DNA of 32,000 bases from Candidatus Saccharimonadota bacterium (GTDB taxonomy: Bacteria > Patescibacteriota > Saccharimonadia > Saccharimonadales > UBA4665), in NCBI GenBank assembly GCA_002952755.1, contig CP025011.1, positions 90,001-122,000 of the forward strand, read 5' to 3'. Below, piece after piece: positions 1 to 8,831 of this stretch. Both the position numbers and the translations under genes were made by a program. Under the pieces are notes generated by a model. It was not told the origin of the DNA, did no database searches, and saw only the letters and a list, made by a program, of their open reading frames with translations. How positions within the stretch are numbered: the stretch's first letter is position 1; every line of letters starts with the position of its first letter.

Positions 1-1895
1 TTATAGGCATCGACCTCGGCACTACCAACTCGGCTATGGCCGTTATGCAGTCTGGTAAGCCGGAAATCATTACTAACAGCGAAGGCAATCGCACGACCCC
101 GTCGGTTGTTGCTGTGAACAAAAACGACGAACGGCTGGTCGGGCAGGTGGCTCGCCGTCAGCAGGTAACAAACGCTAAGAAAACCGTGTATGAGGTAAAG
201 CGTCTCATTGGCCGTCGCTGGGAAGACAAAGAAGTCCAAAAAGATCTCAAGCTCATGGGCTACGAGATGGTCAAGAGCGGCAGTGGCGTTAAGGTAAAAA
301 TGGGCGACAAAGAGTACAGTCCAGAAGAAATTAGCGCTATGATCCTCGGCAAGCTTAAGGCCGACGCCGAAAGTTTCCTGGGTGAGCCAGTGACCGAAGC
401 GGTGATCACTGTCCCTGCTTACTTCGATGACAGCCAGCGCCAGGCCACAAAAGACGCCGGCAAAATTGCCGGTCTGGAAGTAAAACGCATCATCAACGAA
501 CCAACGGCTGCCGCCTTAGCCTATGGCTTGGACAAGGACAGTAAGAAAGACGAAAAGATTGCTGTATACGACCTTGGTGGGGGTACCTTTGATGTTTCGA
601 TTCTAGAACTTGGTGATGGCGTCTTCGAAGTCAAAAGCACGAATGGCGATACGCACCTTGGCGGTGCCGACTTTGACCGCACTATCGTTAACTACTTTGT
701 GGACGAATTCAAGAAAGAGCATGGCATGGACATCAGCGACGACAAAGCCGCCATGCAGCGTTTGCGCGACGAAGCCGAAAAAGCAAAGATCGAGCTCTCG
801 ACTGCCCAAGAAGTAGATGTCAATCTGCCCTTCCTCACTGCCGATGCCGATGGCCCTAAGCACTTCGAGCACAAGCTTACTCGTGCCAAGCTGGAGAGCC
901 TGGTAGCCGACCTGGTGAGCAAAACTGCCGAACCATGCGAAAAAGCCCTCAAAGATGCTGGTCTCAAAGCGAGCGATATCGACGCAGTAGTCCTAGTGGG
1001 GGGCATGACCCGTATGCCAGCCGTTCAGGAAAAAGTGAAGAACATCTTTGGTAAAGACCCTATGAAGGGCGTGAACCCTGACGAAGTCGTCGCGGTTGGC
1101 GCTGCTATTCAGGGTGGCGTACTCCAGGGCGACGTCAAAGACATTTTGCTGCTCGATGTAACGCCGCTGTCGCTCGGTATCGAGACCATGGGCGGCGTGA
1201 TGACCAAGCTCATTGAGCGCAACACCACCATCCCGACCAGCAAATCCGAAGTATTCTCGACTGCTGCCGACAACCAGCCTCAGGTAGAGGTACACGTACT
1301 CCAGGGCGAGCGCGGTATGAGCAACGACAACAAGTCGCTCGGCCGCTTTACGCTCGATGGTATTCCTGCTGCCCCGCGCGGTGTGCCACAAATTGAAGTT
1401 ACTTTCAACATCGACGCTAACGGCATCCTCAACGTGACCGCTAAAGACAAGGGCACAGGTAAAGAGCAGAGCATTACTATCTCTGGCTCCGGTAACCTCG
1501 ACAAAGCTGACGTTGAAAAGATGGCCAAAGAGGCAGAGACGCATGCTGAAGAAGACAAACAGAAGCGCGAAGCTGTTGAAGCTCGCAATCTGCTCGAAAA
1601 CGCCGTATACCAGGGCGAAAAAATGAAGAGCGACTACAAAGAGAAGCTCAGCGAAGAAGATGTAAAGACACTTGACGAAGCCGTCGAAGAAGCCAAGAAA
1701 GTCGTAGCTGACGAAAAAGCAGACAAAGACGCTCTCGAAGCTGCAACCAAGGCCCTTAACGACAAGCTGATGCCAATTGGCGCCAAAATGTACGAAGCTG
1801 CCAAAGATGAACCAGGGGAAGAGGCTGGCGAAGGGGCAGCAGGCGACGACAAGAAAGACGACGCCGTAGAAGGCGAAGTCGTCGACGAGAAATAG
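1..1895 (+). CDS. dnaK: Molecular chaperone DnaK (Hsp70), 5' end cut by window edge
   Basis: The track ORF 36..1895 continues in frame back to nt 3 ([10 protein letters not shown], the Hsp70 N-terminal motif). Further Hsp70 motifs: [29 protein letters not shown]. Acidic C-terminal tail; stop TAG at 1893-1895. Confidence 0.97.
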   Translation, partial: IGIDLGTTNSAMAVMQSGKPEIITNSEGNRTTPSVVAVNKNDERLVGQVARRQQVTNAKKTVYEVKRLIGRRWEDKEVQKDLKLMGYEMVKSGSGVKVKMGDKEYSPEEISAMILGKLKADAESFLGEPVTEAVITVPAYFDDSQRQATKDAGKIAGLEVKRIINEPTAAALAYGLDKDSKKDEKIAVYDLGGGTFDVSILELGDGVFEVKSTNGDTHLGGADFDRTIVNYFVDEFKKEHGMDISDDKAAMQRLRDEAEKAKIELSTAQEVDVNLPFLTADADGPKHFEHKLTRAKLESLVADLVSKTAEPCEKALKDAGLKASDIDAVVLVGGMTRMPAVQEKVKNIFGKDPMKGVNPDEVVAVGAAIQGGVLQGDVKDILLLDVTPLSLGIETMGGVMTKLIERNTTIPTSKSEVFSTAADNQPQVEVHVLQGERGMSNDNKSLGRFTLDGIPAAPRGVPQIEVTFNIDANGILNVTAKDKGTGKEQSITISGSGNLDKADVEKMAKEAETHAEEDKQKREAVEARNLLENAVYQGEKMKSDYKEKLSEEDVKTLDEAVEEAKKVVADEKADKDALEAATKALNDKLMPIGAKMYEAAKDEPGEEAGEGAAGDDKKDDAVEGEVVDEK

Positions 1896-1907
1896 CTTCT
1901 ATGATCT

Positions 1908-1943
1908 GTCGCTTGGCTGGACAAACAGCCCCAGCCAAGCGAC
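1908..1943 (+). promoter_or_regulatory. Perfect 13-bp stem hairpin between dnaK and the next ORF (intra-operon attenuator or stabiliser candidate)
   Basis: GTCGCTTGGCTGG (1908-1920) is the exact reverse complement of CCAGCCAAGCGAC (1931-1943), with a 10-nt loop. No U-tract follows, so this is not a classical intrinsic terminator. Confidence 0.5.
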
Positions 1944-1955
1944 AATAAGGACAAT

Positions 1956-2333
1956 ATGTTTGGCATAAAAAAGAAAGACCCCAGCTCCGACCGACTCACC
2001 GTGCAGGTGCACGCTATTGCCAGTAGCTCCGCGTTTGCCATGGTCCAAAAGATCTGGAATTCCAATGAGCGTGCTATGCGCCTTGACCAGAGTATGGGTA
2101 AGGAGTTCGAGCACTTCGCCTATGCCAATCCCCGTTGCACGGTATGGTTGCAGCGGGACCAAGGGCGGAGTACGCTGTATGAGCTGATCGTCCGCTGGGA
2201 AGTCGAAAAAGCTCATGAAGTGTATGTCATCGCCAACGCGGTGAACAGCCCCATGGGGGACGACTCCCGCGCCAAAGCAATTCTAAATAGTATGTTAATT
2301 ACCCCCTCTATTGTCCCCACGGACGATTTGTAA
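1956..2333 (+). CDS. Hypothetical 125-aa protein embedded between dnaK and dnaJ
   Basis: The ORF exactly fills the dnaK-dnaJ gap. AAGGA lies 5 nt upstream of the ATG. Amino-acid composition is balanced, and the stop is 10 nt before the dnaJ ATG. I recognised no family. Confidence 0.6.
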   Translation: MFGIKKKDPSSDRLTVQVHAIASSSAFAMVQKIWNSNERAMRLDQSMGKEFEHFAYANPRCTVWLQRDQGRSTLYELIVRWEVEKAHEVYVIANAVNSPMGDDSRAKAILNSMLITPSIVPTDDL

Positions 2334-2343
2334 GGCAGGTTTT

Positions 2344-3447
2344 ATGGCCAAGAGAGATTATTACGAAATATTAGGTGTTGCGAAAGACGCCAGCGCCGAC
2401 GAAATCAAGAAAGCGTTTCGTCGCCTGGCCGTGCAGTACCACCCGGACAAAGAGGGCGGCTCCGAAGAGAAATTTAAAGAAATCAACGAAGCTTATGAGA
2501 TTCTAAAGGAGCCATCTAAGCGCCAACGCTATGATCAGTTTGGTCATGCCGGCGTGGGCAGCAGCGCAGCCTCAGATGGTGGTAATCCGTTTGGCGGTGG
2601 TTTTGGCGGGCAGAATATTAATTTTGACTTTGGGGATTTGGGCCTGGGCGATATCTTCGGGAGTTTTTTTGGCGGCGGTAGTCGTAGCCAAAGCCAGCAA
2701 TCCCGACGCGGCCGCGATGTGGAAACGAGGGTGGAGATATCTTTCGAGCAAGCTATCTTTGGATCGGAGCAGACCGTTTCGCTCAACTTGGATGATACCT
2801 GCGAGCACTGCAAGGGCACGACAGTAGAACCAGGCCATGAACTCAAGACCTGCGATACCTGTAAAGGCTCCGGCCAGGTGGTGCGCGTAGCCCAGACTAT
2901 CTTTGGTAATATTCAACAAGCCAGCGTTTGCCCAACTTGTCATGGCACGGGCAAAGTGCCCGAAAAAGTCTGTTCGGTCTGTCGCGGCAAAGGCACTCAG
3001 CGCCGTGCGAGCAACCTGACGCTGAAGATTCCTGCGGGTGTTGATGACGGCTCGGTCATCCGCTTGCGAGAGCATGGCGAAGCTGTCGCCAACGGCCCAA
3101 AGGGTGATTTGTACGTGAATATTCGCGTAAAGGCCCATAAGAAGTTTACCCGTGAGGGTGATATCGTCTTAAGCGAAGAACACGTCAGCATGGTTGATGC
3201 TGCCCTCGGTGTCGAAATTGATGTAGATACGGTTGATGGTCCAGTTCGGATGAAGATACCTGCCGGCACACAAAGCGGCACCGATTTCAAACTTTCCGGC
3301 CACGGCGTTCCGCACCTCAACCGCGACACACGTGGTGCGCATATCGTCACGGTTATTGTTGATACGCCCACCAAACTGACGAAGAAGCAAAAAGAATTAC
3401 TTGAGTCATTTTACGTCGAGCCCAAAAAACGTGGCTTGTGGAGCTAA
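2344..3447 (+). CDS. dnaJ: Co-chaperone DnaJ (Hsp40)
   Basis: Starts MAKRDYYEILGV. J-domain HPD motif (YHPDK), G/F-rich linker, and four CxxCxGxG zinc-finger repeats (CEHCKGTT, CDTCKGSG, CPTCHGTG, CSVCRGKG). I chose ATG 2344 rather than the upstream track start 2311. Confidence 0.95.
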   Translation: MAKRDYYEILGVAKDASADEIKKAFRRLAVQYHPDKEGGSEEKFKEINEAYEILKEPSKRQRYDQFGHAGVGSSAASDGGNPFGGGFGGQNINFDFGDLGLGDIFGSFFGGGSRSQSQQSRRGRDVETRVEISFEQAIFGSEQTVSLNLDDTCEHCKGTTVEPGHELKTCDTCKGSGQVVRVAQTIFGNIQQASVCPTCHGTGKVPEKVCSVCRGKGTQRRASNLTLKIPAGVDDGSVIRLREHGEAVANGPKGDLYVNIRVKAHKKFTREGDIVLSEEHVSMVDAALGVEIDVDTVDGPVRMKIPAGTQSGTDFKLSGHGVPHLNRDTRGAHIVTVIVDTPTKLTKKQKELLESFYVEPKKRGLWS

Positions 3448-3451
3448 GCAC

Positions 3452-4765
3452 TTATATAGTTAGTCGACTGACCGTTTCGTCTAAGATTTCTTGGATGTGT
3501 TTTTCGATATTCTGATACGCAGCTGGTATAGCTGATGGTAATAGCGTGGTAAGGAGCGAGTCGTTCCGCGAGGTGGCATATTTGGTCAGAAGGGTACGAG
3601 TAGGCTCGTCAAGTGCCAGATCATGACGGGCGAGTACCAGATAAGCAGCCAATTGGCATTCGTCAAGCGTACCAACGCATTCCAGCGGCTTGTCAACGCC
3701 TGGGTCGAGCAGCGCGATAAGGTGCTTGCGCAGACCTGGTGTACAGAGAGCAGTCGAATCTCCCCATATAGCTGCAGCAGCGGATGGGTCGGCAGCAGTT
3801 ATCACAAGGGCGACAAAGGCACATTTGGCACAGGACATACACCAAGTGCCGGTACTGGTCCCATTATTGCAGCTCGTTATTGCCTCCAGCTGTGCAGGTT
3901 TGAGTCGAGTAGCAAGAAAGGCAATTTGTAGTTCGTGCAATGGTCTTAAAAGGCTAAAGTAGTGCACATCTATGCCGAACGCATCCAGCAGATGCTGCAT
4001 GTCGCGTTCAAAAGCGAACGACTTTGAGTATTGATGATTCACCGTAAAGCCGTCAATTTCTGCATTACCTTCGTTGGCAGAGGCTTCATTAGATGCTATG
4101 ACGTCTGAATAGTTATATAGATGGGCACTAAGTAGGGCTAAGATGGCAATGCCGGCGCTCATTGGACGGTGACCGCTATAGCGACGATTAAGACGCTTGG
4201 GGTCAAGGTGCCTGGTGACAACGAACACCGGTGCCTCCCATACGCCCGTCACATCTCTCTGAGCTACTGAATCTCCTCGCTGGAACCACGTAAAAGGCAT
4301 ATTGCTCTCGGTAAGGAGCTGAGCGGATACGCTGCCATCTTTGCCGCCGCCATTGAGCAGGAGTGGGCCTTGGGTAACCGATTTTTTACGTGTGCTCGGC
4401 GGTTTTATGATTTGCCGCTTCCCATTGCCACGTAGCCGCGTTCGTGTTGACAGGGGAATGTTGTTTACGAGTCTAAACTCGCCCAAACCGTGGAAAAAAA
4501 GTGTTTCAAAAAAGGCAATCTCCTCGGAGTTAAGAGGGAAGTCGCACACAATTTCTGTAAAGTAGGCAATGCTATACGAACTTAAGGAGGTAATGATGGC
4601 CATCCATTCACAAAGTTTCATTGCCGTTTCATCTAATGTAGCCGGAGCTCCGGCCGGAAAATCATACGAGCTTACGAGGCGTTCCTCACCAGCGGTAAAA
4701 GTGCAAGTGAGTACGCCGTCCTTCCAGGTAGGCGCATGAACATGAAGAAGGTTATCGGTAGTCAT
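3452..4765 (-). CDS. PP-loop-like ATP pyrophosphatase-fold protein of unknown function (possibly MurL-like)
   Basis: 437-aa ORF. The central LLLNGGGKDGSVSAQLL resembles the SGGxDS PP-loop that follows a hydrophobic strand. A C-terminal WCMSCAKCAF (CxxCxKC) motif is present. TATAAT (4773-4778, minus strand) lies 7 nt before the ATG. The MurL-like suggestion is from memory of that family and is unverified. Confidence 0.8.
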   Translation of the reverse strand: MTTDNLLHVHAPTWKDGVLTCTFTAGEERLVSSYDFPAGAPATLDETAMKLCEWMAIITSLSSYSIAYFTEIVCDFPLNSEEIAFFETLFFHGLGEFRLVNNIPLSTRTRLRGNGKRQIIKPPSTRKKSVTQGPLLLNGGGKDGSVSAQLLTESNMPFTWFQRGDSVAQRDVTGVWEAPVFVVTRHLDPKRLNRRYSGHRPMSAGIAILALLSAHLYNYSDVIASNEASANEGNAEIDGFTVNHQYSKSFAFERDMQHLLDAFGIDVHYFSLLRPLHELQIAFLATRLKPAQLEAITSCNNGTSTGTWCMSCAKCAFVALVITAADPSAAAAIWGDSTALCTPGLRKHLIALLDPGVDKPLECVGTLDECQLAAYLVLARHDLALDEPTRTLLTKYATSRNDSLLTTLLPSAIPAAYQNIEKHIQEILDETVSRLTI

Positions 4766-4889
4766 GAGGGCTATTATAACAAGAGCGATTAGGAGAAGAT
4801 ATTGTTATAAAATATTGCACCAAAGGAGTGGATACCCTAGACTGAAGGCACACCGGTGCTTAGATAGTACGGCTATAATCGGACAAATC

Positions 4890-6275
4890 ATGAAAAAGAT
4901 ACTCTTTTTAACATCTATTGCTACTAGCAATGCCCCCAATCAGGACTTTACTGCGCTGTCCAAGACTATGGATCAGTTGCTTGGTGACGACTTTGCTGTA
5001 ACAGCAGGAGTATTTTCAGAGTTGGCCTATCTTGCAGGTGGAGGCATGAGTAAGGTGTGGCATCCGACAGCAGGCTGGGACGTCGCCGACTTTGACCTGG
5101 TTGTATTGCGCCGGGTTGGCGACGATCTTGAGCGGGCGATAAGTATCGCGCACTACCTAGACGCAAAACATATCCCTTTTATCGACCAGTACCTCTTGGC
5201 CCCAGGTAAGGGCAAGCTCGCTGGTGCTTTTTTGCGGAGCGCTCATGGCTTACCGGTACCAACTACTTTTTTTGGCTCTCACAGCGTATTCAAGCAAGTG
5301 TTTGCGGAAGCTGCACCTTTCACCTTTCCAATGGTGCTTAAGGCAGACAATGGCAGCAAAGGACGGGATAATTATTTGATTCATACATATGACGAGCTAC
5401 TTGAAAAGCTTGCTGCAAACCCACATCTAGATCTGATCGCCCAAGCATTTATTCCCAATAAAGGCGATCTGCGTATTTTAGTGTTGAATGGTACCCCCCG
5501 ATTGGCGATTTTGCGCAAAGGAAAAGTTGGCTCTCATCTTAACAACACATCGCAAGGCGGTAGTGCATCGTTGGTGCCGTTATCATCGCTCGACGCGAAG
5601 CTTTTAGTGCACTGCGAACGTGCGGCTCGCTTAGAGTTGCTTCAAGTGGCCGGTGTTGATGTTGTCATCGACGAGGAGACTAATATGCATTACTTTTTAG
5701 AGGTTAACCGAGCTCCGCAATTAGCAACAGGTGCGCTTACCTCAGAAAAGCTGGCGGCGTACGCGGCGATGATCGTTGAGCTAACCGCAGAAGATGCTGG
5801 CCGCCGATTGCATACTATTGGCGGCGTGGAATATGTAACTCTGGCTGACAGTGGCCGTGAAGTGCCGGCGAGAATTGATACAGGCGCCAACACATCAGCT
5901 GTATGGGCGAGTGATGTCGTCGAGGGGAAGGATGGTACACTGACCTTCAAGCTATTCGATAAGCAGAGCGAATTCTATACAGGCGAAACGATTGTCACGA
6001 AAGATTTTGCCGAAACGGTAATTGCAAGCTCTAATGGCGCGATTGAGCAGCGCTATAAAGTAAAAATTAGCTTCATGCTTGGTGGCCGCCGTGTGCGGGC
6101 TTTCTTTACGCTTGCTAACCGTTCTATGCAAGTGTATCCCATCTTAATTGGTAGAAATGTATTAAAGGGTAAGTTTATCGTGAACGTGAAACAAGGCAAG
6201 ACACTTCGCGCTGCCGAACGGCTGCGTAGCGCCGCACTCAAACAATTCTTATCGCCAGAAAAGGGAGGGGAATAA
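4890..6275 (+). CDS. RimK-like ATP-grasp ligase fused to a C-terminal retropepsin-like (PF05618 / 'ATP-dependent zinc protease') domain
   Basis: The N-terminal ~300 aa look like a RimK/GshB-type ATP-grasp (LKADNGSKGRD, DLRILVLNG, FLEVNRAPQ). The C-terminal ~150 aa carry ARIDTGANTS ... ILIGRNVLKGKFIVNV. I chose ATG 4890 (MKKILFL) because the track start 4764 would overlap the divergent gene and its promoter. Confidence 0.8.
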   Translation: MKKILFLTSIATSNAPNQDFTALSKTMDQLLGDDFAVTAGVFSELAYLAGGGMSKVWHPTAGWDVADFDLVVLRRVGDDLERAISIAHYLDAKHIPFIDQYLLAPGKGKLAGAFLRSAHGLPVPTTFFGSHSVFKQVFAEAAPFTFPMVLKADNGSKGRDNYLIHTYDELLEKLAANPHLDLIAQAFIPNKGDLRILVLNGTPRLAILRKGKVGSHLNNTSQGGSASLVPLSSLDAKLLVHCERAARLELLQVAGVDVVIDEETNMHYFLEVNRAPQLATGALTSEKLAAYAAMIVELTAEDAGRRLHTIGGVEYVTLADSGREVPARIDTGANTSAVWASDVVEGKDGTLTFKLFDKQSEFYTGETIVTKDFAETVIASSNGAIEQRYKVKISFMLGGRRVRAFFTLANRSMQVYPILIGRNVLKGKFIVNVKQGKTLRAAERLRSAALKQFLSPEKGGE

Positions 6276-7180
6276 TGAAAATTGCTATTTTATCCAAAGG
6301 TTTTGCCAACTATACGACAAAACGCCTGAAAGAAGAGGCCATTGCCCGAGGTCACGAAGTACAAGTTATTAATTACGCCAAATGCTATATGACTATCGAA
6401 AAAGGTAATCCAGTAGTCTATTACCGCGGTAAGATTTTGAGTGGTTTTGATGCTGTTATACCTCGTATCGCTCAGAGTTACACCAAATACGGTAGTGCTG
6501 TAGTACGCCAGTTTGAAATGATGGACGTATATGTTATTTCCAAGTCTATAGCTATCAACCGCTCGCGTGATAAATTACGCGCCTATCAATTGCTTGCTAA
6601 AGCTGGAGTAGGTGTTCCGAAAACAGTTTTTGCCCGCGAAACATCTGACTTTGAAGATGTCATTGAGAAAGCCGGGGGTGCGCCGCTGATCGTGAAGGTA
6701 GCCCGCGGCACGCACGGTAACGGGGTAGTATTGGCCGAAACTAACAAAGCTGCCAAAGCCGTAATGCAGGCGTTTTACGTTGAGGGCGTGACATTCCTCG
6801 TCCAGGAATTCGTGAAGGAATCTGTAGGTGTTGATATTCGCGCGCTTGTCGTGGGCAGCCAGGTAGTCGCCAGTATGAAGCGCCAGAGTCTTGATGACGA
6901 TTTTCGCTCCAACACGCACCAAGGAGGCATCGGCAAACCGGTAAAATTAACCCCCGACGAAGAGCGGACGGCTATTAAAGCTGCAAAAGCTATGGGCCTA
7001 CCGATTTGTGGCGTGGATATGATGCGCTCCGAGCGCGGCCCCCTAGTACTCGAAATCAACTCATCTGCCAGTATCAAAACGCCAGAACTGCTCACTAAGC
7101 GTAACGTCGCCGGCAAGATCATCGAATACATCGAACAGAACGCCAAGCAGCGCCACCGCAAAGACCGTGTTGGGGCCTAA
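6275..7180 (+). CDS. rimK: Ribosomal protein S6--L-glutamate ligase RimK
   Basis: 301 aa beginning MKIAILS. ATP-grasp motifs VKVARGTHGNGVVL, DIRALVVG and LVLEINSSA. The ATG overlaps the upstream stop (TAATG). Confidence 0.9.
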   Translation: MKIAILSKGFANYTTKRLKEEAIARGHEVQVINYAKCYMTIEKGNPVVYYRGKILSGFDAVIPRIAQSYTKYGSAVVRQFEMMDVYVISKSIAINRSRDKLRAYQLLAKAGVGVPKTVFARETSDFEDVIEKAGGAPLIVKVARGTHGNGVVLAETNKAAKAVMQAFYVEGVTFLVQEFVKESVGVDIRALVVGSQVVASMKRQSLDDDFRSNTHQGGIGKPVKLTPDEERTAIKAAKAMGLPICGVDMMRSERGPLVLEINSSASIKTPELLTKRNVAGKIIEYIEQNAKQRHRKDRVGA

Positions 7181-7643
7181 GACCTGGCTAGTATCCACTT
7201 GCTGCATCCTCACCATTGTTGCTTCATCTCTTCTTATAATCTTGCCTGCTGAACCGGACCAGATTATTACGGGAGCAGGGTCTTCTACCCAAGAATTCTT
7301 ATTGGCCACCCTCATGAATGGGCAGCGTTACGCTGTGCGGCCTGCGATAACTGAGGCCGAGCAGCAAAAAGGTTTAGGCGGTCTCCACATCCTCCCAGCC
7401 GACCAGGGCATGCTATTTTTGTTCCCTCAGTCGCAGGAGCTCTGCTTTTGGATGAAAGACATGCATTTTCCTATAGATATAATCTGGCTCAGTACCGATA
7501 AACGAGTGACGTTCATTAAGTCGAGCGTGAGTCCGGACACCTATCCAGCATCATTCTGTGCAACTGGCCGCTACGTGCTTGAACTCAATGCCGGGCAGGC
7601 AGCTAGGAATCATCTACTACTGGGGCAGCAAGTTAGCTTTTAA
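7167..7643 (+). CDS. DUF192 family protein with N-terminal signal/anchor helix
   Basis: GMLFLFPQSQELCFWMKDMHFPIDIIWL ... RYVLELNAGQA matches the DUF192 pattern. GTG start at 7167 (or TTG at 7170) overlaps the rimK 3' end by 14 nt. The exact start is uncertain. Confidence 0.8.
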   Translation: MLGPKTWLVSTCCILTIVASSLLIILPAEPDQIITGAGSSTQEFLLATLMNGQRYAVRPAITEAEQQKGLGGLHILPADQGMLFLFPQSQELCFWMKDMHFPIDIIWLSTDKRVTFIKSSVSPDTYPASFCATGRYVLELNAGQAARNHLLLGQQVSF

Positions 7644-7669
7644 ACCGCTCATGCTATGATGAGAATAAG

Positions 7670-8164
7670 ATGTCTCACAATCTTGCGCTTTTAATCGCTT
7701 TAGCCGGACCGGCGATTGTGTTTACTATACTTCGCGTTAACGCTAGCATGGTTTTTTTGAGCCTCGCCCTTGGCGCTATTTTAGTGCAATATGTCGCCTC
7801 CGAGGCAAATACGATGTTGCATCTGATGTCGGCCCATGTCAGCTCAGTGAGCACAAGCACGATACAGCTCGCCTTGCTACTCATCCCCGCCGCAATTACT
7901 TCGGTCGTTACGCTTTTTAGTACGCATGGCCGTCTAAAGGTTATGCTCAATTTCTTACCCGCGGCTGCCACGGGTGCCTTGGCCGTTTTACTTGCCGTGC
8001 CATTATTACCGCCCGGCTTACGTAACGCATTTCAGGGGCAACCAGCATGGCGCTATGTGTCGAATGCTGAAGCGCTGGTGGTTGGCGTGGGCGCCGCGGT
8101 GAGTTTATTCTTCTTGTGGACACAGCGTGCCTCATTCAAACAGCATGACAAACGCAAGCATTGA
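7670..8164 (+). CDS. Hypothetical integral membrane protein (about 4-5 TM helices)
   Basis: 164-aa hydrophobic ORF. TATGAT lies 9 nt upstream of the ATG. I recognised no family. Confidence 0.65.
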   Translation: MSHNLALLIALAGPAIVFTILRVNASMVFLSLALGAILVQYVASEANTMLHLMSAHVSSVSTSTIQLALLLIPAAITSVVTLFSTHGRLKVMLNFLPAAATGALAVLLAVPLLPPGLRNAFQGQPAWRYVSNAEALVVGVGAAVSLFFLWTQRASFKQHDKRKH

Positions 8165-8193
8165 TTGACTTTTGACCTTAAATTTACGATAAT
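8165..8193 (+). promoter_or_regulatory. Sigma-70-type promoter for tRNA-Lys
   Basis: TTGACT (8165-8170), a 17-nt spacer, then GATAAT (8188-8193), about 40 nt upstream of the tRNA. Confidence 0.5.
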
Positions 8194-8233
8194 ATAGCCT
8201 GATCTACCCTGTAATTGGCAACTTGCCAGCTAT

Positions 8234-8310
8234 GGGCCCATAGCTCAGCCGGTTAGAGCAGCGGCCTTTTAAGCCGCGTGTCGTGGGTTCGAATCCCACT
8301 GGGCCCTCCA
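8234..8310 (+). tRNA. tRNA-Lys (anticodon UUU), CCA encoded
   Basis: Acceptor stem GGGCCCA/TGGGCCC. D-arm TAGCTCAGCCGGTTAGAGCA. Anticodon stem GCGGC/GCCGC with loop CTTTTAA. T-arm GTGGGTTCGAATCCCAC. Ends with discriminator T followed by CCA. Confidence 0.93.
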
Positions 8311-8344
8311 ATTAGTCCTGCCTAGTTGACCACTATTGTAACCA

Positions 8345-8372
8345 AGAGCCGCTTCATGCGGTTCTTTTGTTA
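8345..8372 (+). terminator. Intrinsic terminator after tRNA-Lys
   Basis: AGAGCCGC (8345-8352) pairs with GCGGTTCT (8358-8365), including one G-U pair, around loop TTCAT. The stem is followed by TTTTGTTATTATTT. Confidence 0.6.
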
Positions 8373-8382
8373 TTATTTATCT

Positions 8383-8775
8383 ATGACATTTGACGTACCA
8401 GACTTAACATCAATTAACCAGACAGAATTTAAGCCCGAACAATACGTTATCGCATTCGCTCCCGAACTCGTGGCTTTTATACAGGATAACTTGAAGCTGA
8501 CGACATATCGTTTTGGTAATAAGTATAACTATCTCGAAGTGGATGACATTGTAAAAATACAAAATTCGGCCACAGAAAGAATCGTGTGCAAGGCAAAAAT
8601 AACTAGTAAGTCGAAGATGCTATTCAAGGACCTCCCAATTACCAGTGGAAGCCACGAAGCTTACAAAAACAAGGAGCACCAACGGGAAGTACTTTCTGGC
8701 TATTATGCCTATATAGGCCGTCTCATTGATGATTCAGACGAGTTTCTAGTATTTGACTTCAAACTGATAGATTAA
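8383..8775 (+). CDS. ASCH domain-like protein
   Basis: 130 aa. The pattern KLTTYRFGNKYNYLEVDDIVKI ... KAKITSKSKMLFKDL ... fits the ASCH beta-barrel family. ATG 8383 is preceded by TATTAT 6 nt upstream. The track TTG start at 8326 would run through the tRNA terminator. Confidence 0.6.
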   Translation: MTFDVPDLTSINQTEFKPEQYVIAFAPELVAFIQDNLKLTTYRFGNKYNYLEVDDIVKIQNSATERIVCKAKITSKSKMLFKDLPITSGSHEAYKNKEHQREVLSGYYAYIGRLIDDSDEFLVFDFKLID

Positions 8776-8782
8776 GCACTAT

Positions 8783-8817
8783 AAAAGACTTCTCAATCAG
8801 AGAAGTCTTTTTGTTTG
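8783..8817 (+). terminator. Intrinsic terminator after the ASCH-like gene
   Basis: AAAAGACTTCTC (8783-8794) and GAGAAGTCTTTT (8800-8811) form a perfect 12-bp stem with loop AATCA. A T-rich tail follows. Confidence 0.7.
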
Positions 8818-8831
8818 ATATACTTACATGC

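Noticed and set aside
603-1588. Several 68-183-aa ORFs on both strands inside dnaK (603..872-, 610..816+, 692..1006-, 993..1544-, 1280..1588-)
   Set aside because: They are fully nested in a high-confidence conserved gene. Their compositions are typical of off-frame or antisense translation, and they have no start context.
1634-2216. Minus-strand ORFs of 143, 60 and 105 aa across the dnaK 3' end and the small-ORF region
   Set aside because: The Ser/Ala/Leu-rich low-complexity products mirror the Lys/Glu/Ala-rich DnaK tail on the opposite strand. The plus-strand ORF fits the operon spacing and has an SD.
4764-4889. N-terminal 42-codon extension of the ATP-grasp fusion (track start 4764)
   Set aside because: It would begin inside the start codon of the divergent gene and read through both promoters. 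MKKILFL at 4890 gives a normal ATP-grasp N terminus with TATAAT upstream.
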